A DNA stretch of 36,162 nucleotides from Victivallales bacterium (GTDB lineage: Bacteria; Verrucomicrobiota; Lentisphaeria; Victivallales; JAUVCU01), in assembly GCA_029934175.1 (NCBI GenBank), contig JAOZMT010000001.1, positions 85,286-121,447 of the forward strand, read 5' to 3'. This document shows, piece by piece, positions 23,550 to 32,860 of the stretch (position 1 is the stretch's first letter; each line of letters starts with the position of its first letter). The translations under genes were made by a program, and so were the position numbers. The notes beneath the pieces are model-generated. The model was not told the DNA's origin and did not search any database. It saw only the letters and a list, made by a program, of their open reading frames with translations.

Positions 23550-23852
23550 ATGAATGTTAGAAACCGTGGAAAGTCTACGGAAAGAGCAATAGCTAAGATT
23601 TTTCAATTTGATAATGCACGCAGAGTTGGAATTTTAGGTAAAGAAGATATCGTTACTGATAGGTTTATTATAGAAGTAAAGGAAAGAAAAAGTTTACCAA
23701 AATTTATATTAAGTGCTTATAAACAAGTTGAAAAACATAGAACAAAAGATAAAATTCCATTATTTATTTTGCATGAATTGAATAAAAATCATATGAATGA
23801 TTTAGTGATTTTGAAATTAAAAGATTTTTTGGAGATTATAAAAAATGATTGA
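23550..23852 (+). CDS. small PD-(D/E)xK nuclease-like protein (Hjc/RecU-type resolvase candidate)
   Basis: GKSTERAIAKIF, then EDIVTD, then IIEVKERK follows the G-x-x-x-E-R ... D ... E-x-K pattern of archaeal-type Holliday junction resolvases. It sits between sbcD and sbcC. Confidence 0.4.
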   Translation: MNVRNRGKSTERAIAKIFQFDNARRVGILGKEDIVTDRFIIEVKERKSLPKFILSAYKQVEKHRTKDKIPLFILHELNKNHMNDLVILKLKDFLEIIKND

Positions 23853-25560
23853 ACTGAAAAGCATAGAACTGAAAAATTTTAGAAGTTGGGAACATTTAAT
23901 TTATCCTTTTAAAGATGGTATTACATTATTAGAAGGTAAAATAGGTGTTGGAAAAAGTTCTATTCCAATGGCCATTAAATATGCACTTCAAGGCAATATA
24001 GAAGGTTTAAGAAAAGCCGATTTGGTTAGAGAAGGTCAAGATGATTTATTGGTAAAATTGGATATGTTAGTTGAAGATAGAAATGTTACTATTTTAAGAA
24101 AAAAATCGGGCGTTCAATTATTTATAGATTCTATCCCATATCATTTTAAACATAATTCATTACTTGATAATATTAAGGATAGAACTAAATTTGCTTTTTT
24201 ATTTGGATTTTCTTCTTTTTTGGATTTAAGACCTAGCGAAAGAAAGAAATATATTGAAAATTTGCTTCCTGATATGGAGTTCTTGAGAAAAACTGTCGGT
24301 GATTATTTATTTAGGATGGAAAAGAATGTTGAATTTAAAATAGGAAAGATAAATCTATCTTTGTGGGAAGATCATTTGAAATTTTTAATTGAAAATTTGG
24401 AAGTTGCTAAGAACGAAATTAAAGATATAAAGCTTAAACTGAGAAAAGCAGTAAAAGAAAGGAAAAAACAACCTAAGGAATATAATCTGGATGATATAAA
24501 AATCAAAATTGAGAAATTGAAGTCACAAAAGCAAAAAATTGAATCTAAATTGTCGGACTTGAATAAAGAGAAATTGGAGAAATCTAAAGATTTGAATAGT
24601 ATTATTGTTTTTGAAAAAAGATATGATTTCGTAAAAAATAAGGTGAAAGAATTAAAGAAAAATTTGAAAAATTTGGAAATTAGTATTAAATTTGAGAAAT
24701 GTAAATGGTGCGGTCAGGAAATAAAAGATTTGAGTTTTATACAGAAAAAGAAGAATGAACTTGAATCTGAGATTGCAGAGCAAATTGCAATTTTAAAGGA
24801 TTTAAATAAGAAATTATCTAAATTTTCTTCGGAATCTATTAAAAATGAAGTAGAAAGTTTGGATGAACTTATAAAATCTAATGAAAAAATGAAATATGAA
24901 ATTCAATTACAAATAAATGATTTGCAAGCTGAATTGAATTTTTATAAAGCTGAAATGGAAAATAGACAAAAGATTTTTGATGTGATTGAAATTTATAAGA
25001 AGCAATTAAAAGATTTGAATGAAAAGAAACAACAAATTGAAAAAGAGATTGAAAAAACTGAAAGAATATATAAGATAAAACAAAATTCTTTAGATATATT
25101 GGATAAATTATTGGCTAGAATTAAAGATAGCAGGATTGAACTTAAGGAAATAATAAAGAAATATTATGATTTATTTATTTCCAAATTAGTTTTTGCAATG
25201 AATGCATTTAGTGAAGGAAAAATTACTGTAGATGAGAATTTAGTATTTAAATATAATGGTAGAAAATATGAGAAATTATCTTCGGGCCAAAAACAATTGA
25301 TGAAAATATCAGCTTCTTTGGCATTAGCTTATTTTGCTCATAGTGTAGATGTAATTGTAATAGATGAAACGTTCGATGTAAATCTCGATTTGGAAGCGCA
25401 GCAGAAGTTGGCTCAAATGTTGGCAAATTTAAAAACAATTTTTAAAAAAATAATTATTATAAGTCACAATTCAGATTTGAAAAATGCTATCAAATTTGAT
25501 AATATTCAACATGTTGATTTGGTAGATGGAAAAAGTTATTTGGAGGAAATAGCTACATGA
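23845..25560 (+). CDS. sbcC: SbcC/Rad50-type SMC-like ATPase
   Basis: Walker A GKIGVGKSS, a long K/E-rich coiled coil with a central CKWCG zinc hook, the ABC signature LSSGQKQL, and Walker B VIVIDETFD. Confidence 0.8.
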   Translation: MIELKSIELKNFRSWEHLIYPFKDGITLLEGKIGVGKSSIPMAIKYALQGNIEGLRKADLVREGQDDLLVKLDMLVEDRNVTILRKKSGVQLFIDSIPYHFKHNSLLDNIKDRTKFAFLFGFSSFLDLRPSERKKYIENLLPDMEFLRKTVGDYLFRMEKNVEFKIGKINLSLWEDHLKFLIENLEVAKNEIKDIKLKLRKAVKERKKQPKEYNLDDIKIKIEKLKSQKQKIESKLSDLNKEKLEKSKDLNSIIVFEKRYDFVKNKVKELKKNLKNLEISIKFEKCKWCGQEIKDLSFIQKKKNELESEIAEQIAILKDLNKKLSKFSSESIKNEVESLDELIKSNEKMKYEIQLQINDLQAELNFYKAEMENRQKIFDVIEIYKKQLKDLNEKKQQIEKEIEKTERIYKIKQNSLDILDKLLARIKDSRIELKEIIKKYYDLFISKLVFAMNAFSEGKITVDENLVFKYNGRKYEKLSSGQKQLMKISASLALAYFAHSVDVIVIDETFDVNLDLEAQQKLAQMLANLKTIFKKIIIISHNSDLKNAIKFDNIQHVDLVDGKSYLEEIAT

Positions 25561-25817
25561 AATATAGCGAGTTTTGTAATATTGTTTCCCATAGGTTAGG
25601 TTTAAAAACTATTACTACTCAAAAAATAATGGATATAATTTTTGATACTTTAGAAGATTTAGTTATGGAAGATAATCATGAAGTAACTACGCCTATTGGC
25701 CGTTTTTATCCTGTAATACTTAAAGAGAGAATTGTAAAACATCCAATTACATTAGAAAAACATAAAATTCCTGCCAGAAAAACTATTCGTTTGAAGACTA
25801 GTAAATGTGTAATATAA
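25557..25817 (+). CDS. HU/IHF-family DNA-binding protein
   Basis: 86 aa. The N-terminal helices and the PIGRFYPVILKERIVKHPITLEKHKIPARKTIRLK arm match the HU beta-ribbon pattern (GFGxF...R.ARxGRNPxTGExIxIxA). Confidence 0.7.
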   Translation: MKYSEFCNIVSHRLGLKTITTQKIMDIIFDTLEDLVMEDNHEVTTPIGRFYPVILKERIVKHPITLEKHKIPARKTIRLKTSKCVI

Positions 25818-25820
25818 CTA

Positions 25821-25848
25821 TTGACATTACCTGTAAATTAATTATATT
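25821..25848 (+). promoter_or_regulatory. sigma70-like promoter
   Basis: TTGACA (25821-25826), a 16-nt spacer and TATATT (25843-25848), followed by an AAGGAGG ribosome-binding site and ATG 25867. Confidence 0.5.
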
Positions 25849-25866
25849 AAAATAAGGAGGTTAAAA

Positions 25867-26163
25867 ATGGAAATTAAATTTTTTAAATTAGTTACAAATG
25901 AATTTGTAATTTCTAATGTTAAAGAAGAAAATGATGATTCATATTTGTTGACGAAACCTATGGCAGTAATTCGAAATAGAAACCAATTTATATTAATTCC
26001 GTGGCTGCCAATGGAAAATTGTTGGTTAAAAAAGATTCACATTTTAGTAGAAATTCCTATTTCTCATGTGGAAGATTTGCGAAAGATGTATATTCAACAA
26101 ACATCTGGAATAGTTGTTCCAGATATTAAAGTTAATTTAAAGGATATAAGAAAGGAGGGTTAA
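25867..26163 (+). CDS. hypothetical protein
   Basis: 98-aa ORF with an AAGGAGG ribosome-binding site. No recognisable motifs. Confidence 0.45.
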   Translation: MEIKFFKLVTNEFVISNVKEENDDSYLLTKPMAVIRNRNQFILIPWLPMENCWLKKIHILVEIPISHVEDLRKMYIQQTSGIVVPDIKVNLKDIRKEG

Positions 26164-26164
26164 A

Positions 26165-26536
26165 ATGGAGAAAGCTTGTAAATATTGTGTTTTTTATGAA
26201 AATGGTAAATGTGAAGATTCAAAAGGCCCAGATTATTGCTGTGATGAATTTTTACTTGATGAAGCATTATTTCAAAGTAAAAAATCTAATCCTGATGAAG
26301 TTCAAAATGGGAAAGGCGAGAAGAGTGAGATAATTAAATCAGGAGCAAACGATAAAAATTCGACGGAATTTGATTTTAATAAAGATGGTTCAACTGATAC
26401 AAGGATATTGCTTCAATCTTCAACTTTAAAAGAAGAATCGGAAAAGCCTAGTGAAAAAGAATTGAAAAATATAAGTGTAAGTAAAAAAGATAAAAAGATA
26501 ATTATAACTATTGATTTATCTTCACTTTTTGAATGA
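26165..26536 (+). CDS. hypothetical protein with an N-terminal Cys cluster
   Basis: N-terminal CKYC...C...CC, then a low-complexity acidic/Ser-rich region. An AGGAGGG ribosome-binding site is present. Confidence 0.4.
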   Translation: MEKACKYCVFYENGKCEDSKGPDYCCDEFLLDEALFQSKKSNPDEVQNGKGEKSEIIKSGANDKNSTEFDFNKDGSTDTRILLQSSTLKEESEKPSEKELKNISVSKKDKKIIITIDLSSLFE

Positions 26537-26778
26537 TGGAAGGGATTTTACCAAAATTAACTGAAGCAATATTGAATGAAATTTTGAAAAGGCGTGGAGA
26601 TTTGTTTCCATTGCCTAAGCCGCCAAAGCGACATAATAAAGTAATATTGAATGCTTCTGTAAATGTGAAAACTAATGAAATTATTAGTAATATAAGTGCA
26701 AATTTTAAATTGCCAAAATCTTTAGTTGCTGGTATTATTTTAGATATGGTTGTGAAATATTTGTCAAATGAAGTATGA
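26533..26778 (+). CDS. hypothetical protein
   Basis: 81-aa ORF whose start overlaps the upstream stop (ATGA). Confidence 0.4.
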   Translation: MMEGILPKLTEAILNEILKRRGDLFPLPKPPKRHNKVILNASVNVKTNEIISNISANFKLPKSLVAGIILDMVVKYLSNEV

Positions 26779-27553
26779 TATTAATTATTTGATTGATAGA
26801 TTAAGACATTATTTATTTATTTTGTATGGAAGAAATGTCTATTTAGATAAGAATCTTATCTTAGCATTTGTTAAAGATAAAAATCTTACTTTAGGTGAAG
26901 CTTATCATTACTTTCTTGATGCTATTTCTTATTATTATGGTAGGTATATTTCTATTCCTAATACTCGTCACTTGATTTCTAATAAACTTTCTTTTTTGTT
27001 AAAAGAGGAATCTAATATTGATTTACTTCAATTTTCGGACTTTCATCCTTATTATAAATCTCTTTGCCAAAAATATAATATTGAATTTAGAATTGATAAG
27101 GCATATTTGGATTATTATGTAGATTTTGCAATTACAATAGCAAAATTTCAAGGAAAATTAAATTATGTTCCACAAGCGGGTATTCTTGTTGAAAATTCTA
27201 TATTTTGTTTTTATAATTATTTAGGTAAAGATACAATAGAAAATATTGTAGATGCGCATAATAAAATTTTGAATGTTAGAAAAGAACATCGTGATAATAA
27301 TCTTCTTTGGTTAAAACAACATTGGTCAAGAATTATAATTCCAAAGGAAAGAACAAATGTTTATGGATTTAGCATAAGGTATAATGAGTTAGATTATTTG
27401 TTAAATGAAGAGATATTTTTCAATTTATTTAAACGTAAGATAAATAATGATGATATTTTGCTTATAAAAAGAAAAAAATCATTGTTTGAAGAAAAGTATG
27501 GATCATTATTAAGATTCGCACCGCCAGTACGTAATTTTATTTTTAGGAACTGA
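26768..27553 (+). CDS. hypothetical protein (replication-module context)
   Basis: 261-aa ORF immediately upstream of the primase-helicase gene. No recognisable motifs. Confidence 0.45.
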   Translation: MKYDINYLIDRLRHYLFILYGRNVYLDKNLILAFVKDKNLTLGEAYHYFLDAISYYYGRYISIPNTRHLISNKLSFLLKEESNIDLLQFSDFHPYYKSLCQKYNIEFRIDKAYLDYYVDFAITIAKFQGKLNYVPQAGILVENSIFCFYNYLGKDTIENIVDAHNKILNVRKEHRDNNLLWLKQHWSRIIIPKERTNVYGFSIRYNELDYLLNEEIFFNLFKRKINNDDILLIKRKKSLFEEKYGSLLRFAPPVRNFIFRN

Positions 27554-27554
27554 T

Positions 27555-29339
27555 ATGGAGAGACCAATTGATTTTTTGAAAAGACAGAATTTGGATTTTA
27601 AAATAGAAGGCGAAGAAATAAGATTACATAAGTGTCCCTTTTGCGGTTCGGAAGGAAATCGTGCATTTGTTATCCATGCTACTACTGGCAAATGGCATTG
27701 TTTTGCATGTTTAGAAAGTGGTAGAAGTCTTTATAGTTTAAAGAAAAAGATGGGATTAATTGATCCCGTCGCTAAGTTATCTTCTGAAAAATTAAAGCCT
27801 TTGGATAGTAAATATTTGGAAGAAGTTACGTTAGCACATAATACATTAATGAAAAATAGAAAATATTTAAGGGATTTAATAAAAAATTGGAAAATTTCAT
27901 TGAATACAATAAGAAAACAAAAGTTGGGTGTTTTGGTTGAGAATGAAGAAGTTGATGGTGAGATTTTGCCAGTTCCAAAGATTTTAGTTATTCCATATTT
28001 CAAAAATGGAAGATTGTATAATATTAAATATAGAAGTTGGTTTGGATTACCGAAGACTTTTAGACAAGTGAAAAATGCGCCTAAAGTAATGTACAATGAA
28101 GATGCATTGAAAGATATTTATGATATTGGGGAAACAATCCTTTGTGAAGGAGAACATGATGTAATAACTTTAGTTGATAAGGGAATTGAGAATGTATTAG
28201 GAATTCCAGGTGCAGGTATCTTCCATCCAGAGTGGTATGAAAAATTTGAAGAATTAGAAAAAATTTATTTAGCGCTTGATGCTGATAAAGCGGGTGAATT
28301 AGGAACAAAAAAATTGATTAGTAGATTAGGTATTCATCGTTGTTATATAATTCATTTACCAGAAGGTTATGATGTATCTGATTATGTGAATGAATTTGGG
28401 ATAGAAAGATTTAAATTATTGTTAAAAGAAGCAACAAGAGCAGAACCTGAATCTGTTCATAGAATTGATAAAATAGCTGAGAATGAGATATTGACTGGCG
28501 AAATATCAGAAGATGTTTTGCCAACATTTAGTAAGGAATTGAATAGAATTTTGAATGGTGGTTTTAGGCCAGGTGAATTAATTACAGCGGTAGGCTTTCC
28601 AAAGACAGGAAAAACAAGTTTATTTTTGAAAATTGCTACAGAATTAGCACGTCAAAATATTCCAACTATGTATTATTGTGTCGAAATGACAGCTACTAGA
28701 TTAGCTAAATTAGCTTGGGGAATGTTATTAGATGTTGGTAGAGATTTTCAATTTACAAGGGATTATGTATTGATAAAACATTATTTAGATGAAAATCAAG
28801 TTCCTAATCTTTATATATGTGCACCAAGTAGTATAAAAAAACCTGAGCAAGTAGAAGAAACTATTAGAGATAGCATCTTGCGTTTTGGATTAAAATTAGT
28901 TATATTTGATAATATACATTATTTGGTGAGAACGGAAATACATAATAGAGTCCAGGTTATGGAAAGTTACATTAGAAAATTCAGAGATATTTCACGTGAA
29001 TTGGAAGTTCCAATTGTTATAGTTGCACATTTTGGTAAGGGTGATCCTACTATGATGCCAAAGGGAATGACACCACAGTGGGCTGCTAGTTTTTTATCGG
29101 ATAGTGATACAGTTTTGTTAATTCACAGGAATAGGATTCCAGGTGTTGAGGAAAGTTTTAGTAGAGTGTTATATGTTTCAGTAGAAGCTGGTAGGGAATC
29201 TCAAGGTGGAACTTGTTTTTTTGATTTGGACACTAATTTTCTTCAATTTAGAGAGATAACCAAGGAAGAAGCTATTAAATTGGAACAAATTTTTGAAAGT
29301 ATGGAGATAAAAGAAAAAGAGAAAAGGAGGAAAAAATGA
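27555..29339 (+). CDS. bifunctional primase-helicase (T7 gp4-like)
   Basis: N-terminal zinc finger CPFCGS...WHCFAC, TOPRIM motifs LCEGEHDVITL and ALDADKAG, DnaB-like Walker A GFPKTGKTS, and Walker B LVIFDNIHYL. Confidence 0.85.
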   Translation: MERPIDFLKRQNLDFKIEGEEIRLHKCPFCGSEGNRAFVIHATTGKWHCFACLESGRSLYSLKKKMGLIDPVAKLSSEKLKPLDSKYLEEVTLAHNTLMKNRKYLRDLIKNWKISLNTIRKQKLGVLVENEEVDGEILPVPKILVIPYFKNGRLYNIKYRSWFGLPKTFRQVKNAPKVMYNEDALKDIYDIGETILCEGEHDVITLVDKGIENVLGIPGAGIFHPEWYEKFEELEKIYLALDADKAGELGTKKLISRLGIHRCYIIHLPEGYDVSDYVNEFGIERFKLLLKEATRAEPESVHRIDKIAENEILTGEISEDVLPTFSKELNRILNGGFRPGELITAVGFPKTGKTSLFLKIATELARQNIPTMYYCVEMTATRLAKLAWGMLLDVGRDFQFTRDYVLIKHYLDENQVPNLYICAPSSIKKPEQVEETIRDSILRFGLKLVIFDNIHYLVRTEIHNRVQVMESYIRKFRDISRELEVPIVIVAHFGKGDPTMMPKGMTPQWAASFLSDSDTVLLIHRNRIPGVEESFSRVLYVSVEAGRESQGGTCFFDLDTNFLQFREITKEEAIKLEQIFESMEIKEKEKRRKK

Positions 29340-29803
29340 AAAAAGAAGATTTAAAATATTTATTAGATTTGAGGAAAGAATTGTATTTAGGCGCACCGAG
29401 TATTGGTGAATTGGCTGAATTGATAAAACAGCAACCATTTTTATTGGGTCAATGGGCTTTAAGAGCTCGTAAAGCTAGAAAATCTATGCATGAAGCAGAA
29501 TTAGAATTTATAGCGTATCAGGCTAAGGCAATTAATGAACAGGAATTTAAATCTGAAGCTGCTAAACAAAATTTTATAAAATACACCTTGCCATTGGATA
29601 AAGAATATGTTAAATTAAAGCAAAGGTTAGATAGGACTACTGAATTGTATGAGTTTTGTAAAACTATGTTGCAAATACATGTACAAAGAGCATCATTATT
29701 GAAAGCTTTATTAGAAATTGATAAAGAATTATTAATTAGTGAGGATAATCTTTCCAAGGCTGAATTATTAAAAATTTTGGATGGGCCTTGGAAAGAAGAT
29801 TAA
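29336..29803 (+). CDS. hypothetical helical protein
   Basis: 155-aa ORF overlapping the primase-helicase stop. The composition suggests a coiled coil. Confidence 0.4.
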   Translation: MKKEDLKYLLDLRKELYLGAPSIGELAELIKQQPFLLGQWALRARKARKSMHEAELEFIAYQAKAINEQEFKSEAAKQNFIKYTLPLDKEYVKLKQRLDRTTELYEFCKTMLQIHVQRASLLKALLEIDKELLISEDNLSKAELLKILDGPWKED

Positions 29804-29828
29804 AAAATAAAAAATAAGGAGGTTAAAG

Positions 29829-30593
29829 ATGTTTAATTGGTTAAATGACAAAACAACAGAAAATGTAAGAAGGGTAGTATCAGGTGAAAGTCAAAGAATT
29901 GGCATTCCTTGTTTGGCAATGTTTGGAATTGAATGTCCACATTGTTTAAGGGCCAGACGTTTATATGCTGAAAGACATGATGATGAAGCTAGTAGTATTT
30001 ATAAGAAGAAATTTTTTGTTTGTTATGCGTTTATTCTTAGTGATCAATATGAAGATTATTCTAGACGAGTTACACTTTTCCAGATGCCTGTCAATGTAAC
30101 AGATAAAATTGTGAGAAAAATGCATCCAAAAGCTCCAAATAGTTGGGGAGATGCCGTTGATCCAGAGAAAGGATATACATTAATTATAGAAAAGACGTCT
30201 GGAAGTGATGGTAGGACTCAATATGATGTTGATAAAGGTAAACCAATGTCAATTACAAAACTTTGGAATAAGTATAAGGAAGAAATAATAGATATTCATG
30301 ATCAGGCATTATTATCTTATATGTTAGTAAGTAATCAAATTCAAATTTTCCAACCACGATTTGAGATGAAGGAAAATGAAACAATTGAAATTAGAATGTT
30401 ACCATGCAAGAATGAAAATAAATATCCAATAAGTTATCTATTTTTCCATTGGAATGTGACTCAACTTAGAGAAGATGAGATTGCTTTCGAATGTAGATAT
30501 AAAGTAGATTGCATTAGAAAGAAGTTGGAAGCTGAAGCTGATTATCAAGAACCATCTGATATTATTCATGAAGATGAAGAAATAGAACTTTAA
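29829..30593 (+). CDS. gp32-like single-stranded DNA-binding protein
   Basis: A Zn-site-like segment ECPHCLRARRLY...FFVCYAFIL parallels T4 gp32 SCPVCQYISK...YWANILV. GYTLIIEK parallels GANFVLKV. The C-terminal tail HEDEEIEL is strongly acidic. Confidence 0.55.
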   Translation: MFNWLNDKTTENVRRVVSGESQRIGIPCLAMFGIECPHCLRARRLYAERHDDEASSIYKKKFFVCYAFILSDQYEDYSRRVTLFQMPVNVTDKIVRKMHPKAPNSWGDAVDPEKGYTLIIEKTSGSDGRTQYDVDKGKPMSITKLWNKYKEEIIDIHDQALLSYMLVSNQIQIFQPRFEMKENETIEIRMLPCKNENKYPISYLFFHWNVTQLREDEIAFECRYKVDCIRKKLEAEADYQEPSDIIHEDEEIEL

Positions 30594-30600
30594 TGATAAA

Positions 30601-30673
30601 GCGGGAATAGCTTAATTGGTAAAGCACCTGATTACCAGTCAGGAAGTTGCAGGTTCAAGTCCTGCTTCCCGCT
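30601..30673 (+). tRNA. tRNA-Gly with anticodon ACC
   Basis: The cloverleaf was folded by hand:
- Acceptor stem GCGGGAA/TTCCCGC.
- D-stem GCTT/AAGC.
- Anticodon stem CCTGA/TCAGG with loop TT-ACC-AG.
- T-stem GCAGG/CCTGC with loop TTCAAGT.
- Discriminator U73.
The 5' half is nearly identical to E. coli tRNA-Gly(GCC). No CCA is encoded. Confidence 0.85.
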
Positions 30674-30686
30674 TTGGAGTCTTGTT

Positions 30687-31619
30687 ATGAAGTTAGAAGA
30701 CATTTGCGGAAATGAGTTATTGAAAAAAATATTAAAACCATTTTTTGATGGCGAACAGCCTTTGCCTGGAGCTATCCTGATTTTCGGCCCTTCAGGTTCT
30801 GGAAAAACTACTTTGGCTAATATTATTGCAAATCATTTCACGATTCCACGTTATGTTTATTTTGTAAATGTTGCTGATTTAAGAGGCATAGATAATGCTA
30901 GGGAAATAATTAGGCGTGCCCAAACACCAATTTTTGAAGATAGAAAACGTATTTGGATATTGGATGAAATTAATGAGATTGGCACTGCTGCGATGAATAG
31001 CTTTTTAAATATTTTTGAAAATACACCAAAGGATGTACATTTTATCTTAACTGGAATTGAAGGAGATAAACTTCCGATTACTATCAGGCGTAGATGTCTT
31101 AGATTAAGAACAGAAGCTCTAGAATATAAAACTTTTTGTAAGTGTATAGCTAAAGGGTTACATTCATTGCAATTTCCAGTTAGTGCAGTATTTTTCCAAA
31201 AATTATATGAAAAATCTTATGGATGTATTGGTATTGCTAAGAAATTATTATCTGGGATGGTTCATTTTGATAATGAAGGTGATGCGTTAGATTATTTGGA
31301 AAGAATTACATCTAGTCATGAAGAATTGAGTTTTTCCAAAATAGCAGAAATATTATTTAATGTTGGAGATTTACAAGAACTAATAGATTATTTAAATAAA
31401 TATAAAAAAGAAATAGAGGCAAATACTGAAGCTTTGAGAAGATATTTATTATCCACTTTTATTAATCAACTTTTGATATTATCGCCAGATAATGTTAGAT
31501 TGATACATAATTGTATAGAGCCATTGAATCATTCTATTTATGATTCGTCTTCTGTGATTTTGGCTATATTAAAAACATATTTTGAATTAGAAAAAATAAA
31601 AAATAAATTTGGAAAATAA
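30687..31619 (+). CDS. clamp loader AAA+ ATPase subunit (gp44/RFC/gamma-like)
   Basis: Walker A GPSGSGKTT, Walker B WILDEINE, and the sensor/SRC-like ITIRRRCLRL. Confidence 0.75.
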   Translation: MKLEDICGNELLKKILKPFFDGEQPLPGAILIFGPSGSGKTTLANIIANHFTIPRYVYFVNVADLRGIDNAREIIRRAQTPIFEDRKRIWILDEINEIGTAAMNSFLNIFENTPKDVHFILTGIEGDKLPITIRRRCLRLRTEALEYKTFCKCIAKGLHSLQFPVSAVFFQKLYEKSYGCIGIAKKLLSGMVHFDNEGDALDYLERITSSHEELSFSKIAEILFNVGDLQELIDYLNKYKKEIEANTEALRRYLLSTFINQLLILSPDNVRLIHNCIEPLNHSIYDSSSVILAILKTYFELEKIKNKFGK

Positions 31620-31620
31620 G

Positions 31621-31935
31621 ATGAAAGCAGAACATTTCAAGAATCTGGAGATAAAGATTGATAATAACAGACTTATTGTTGGTAAATATCAATTTCCAAT
31701 AGGTAAAAATATAAAGGTAATAGATGAAGAAGGTAAAATAATGTTAGTAGGTAAAGTAAATCTTAAGATATATGAAGATTCAGAAGCTTATATAGATTAT
31801 TATCATTGTGGATTTATAGTAGAAATAAAGGGAAATTGTGTATATGATAATCGTTTTGGGCCAAAGATAACAATAACTTTAGCAGATTTAGTTTTTGATG
31901 CGTATGATAAAAATTGGGAAATAAAGGAGGTTTAA
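31621..31935 (+). CDS. hypothetical protein (possible small clamp-loader subunit by position)
   Basis: The track start at 31609 is TTG inside the preceding gene. The ATG at 31621 follows the clamp-loader stop. There is no motif support. Confidence 0.35.
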   Translation: MKAEHFKNLEIKIDNNRLIVGKYQFPIGKNIKVIDEEGKIMLVGKVNLKIYEDSEAYIDYYHCGFIVEIKGNCVYDNRFGPKITITLADLVFDAYDKNWEIKEV

Positions 31936-31936
31936 G

Positions 31937-32860
31937 ATGAAAGAGTTATTGAACATTTTACAAAGAAAAGGTGCTTATGTTTTTTTAATAAAGGATAAAG
32001 CAATTTTTTCTGGAATGGGAATTTATGGTGAAATTAATATGCATTTTCCTGTTGAAAAGCCCTTGCAAGCTAGTTCTGATTTAATTTATAAAATTTTGGA
32101 AATTCAAGATGGTAAATTGAATTTTAAAAAAGATAAGTTAATTTATAAAATTGGAAATTTAGAAGCGTTTGTGCCATGTGTAGAATCGGAACTTCCAGAT
32201 AAAATTGAAGTAGATAATAAGATATATTTTTCAAGGGATACATTGGAGAAAATGATTAAAGTTGCTAATATTTTAAAGAAATTTACTGGTGATATATCGT
32301 ATATAGATATTAGTTCTAAATTTTTAGCTTTAGGAAATGATTCTGTTTATGCAGAGATAAGTCCAAAATATATTGATTTCGATGAAAATATTGAGCGTTT
32401 AATAATTAATACAGACGAATTGATAATTCCACCTGATTATTTTTCGATTGCTAAATTTTCAGATGTTTGGGTAGGTCATATTACATCCGAATCTGGGTTT
32501 GTTTCTTATATAATTGGTTCTGGAGCAGAACCTGATTTTTATAAGAAAATAGATAATATTAAAAATTCAAAAGGAATTATATGTAAGATTCGTATTCCAT
32601 ATGCAGATATTAAATTATTAACTTCTTTATCAAAAATAGAGACTTTAACTTTAGAAAAGAATTATTTAATTAATGAATATCCTGAAATTAAGTTATTATG
32701 TGAAGTAAAAGGAAGATTAAATAATGCTTATATATTACCTGCAATAATTTTTAATATTCCATTTGATAGTGATTATGTTGAATTTTTTATTTATGAAAAT
32801 AATGTTGCTTATTTGGAAACAAAAGATTTAAAAATTTGGACTGCCATTGGAAATTTGTAA
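31937..32860 (+). CDS. possible sliding clamp
   Basis: The call rests on position only: it lies between the clamp loader and the polymerase. At 307 aa it could hold several clamp-type domains. No diagnostic motif was recognised. Confidence 0.3.
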   Translation: MKELLNILQRKGAYVFLIKDKAIFSGMGIYGEINMHFPVEKPLQASSDLIYKILEIQDGKLNFKKDKLIYKIGNLEAFVPCVESELPDKIEVDNKIYFSRDTLEKMIKVANILKKFTGDISYIDISSKFLALGNDSVYAEISPKYIDFDENIERLIINTDELIIPPDYFSIAKFSDVWVGHITSESGFVSYIIGSGAEPDFYKKIDNIKNSKGIICKIRIPYADIKLLTSLSKIETLTLEKNYLINEYPEIKLLCEVKGRLNNAYILPAIIFNIPFDSDYVEFFIYENNVAYLETKDLKIWTAIGNL

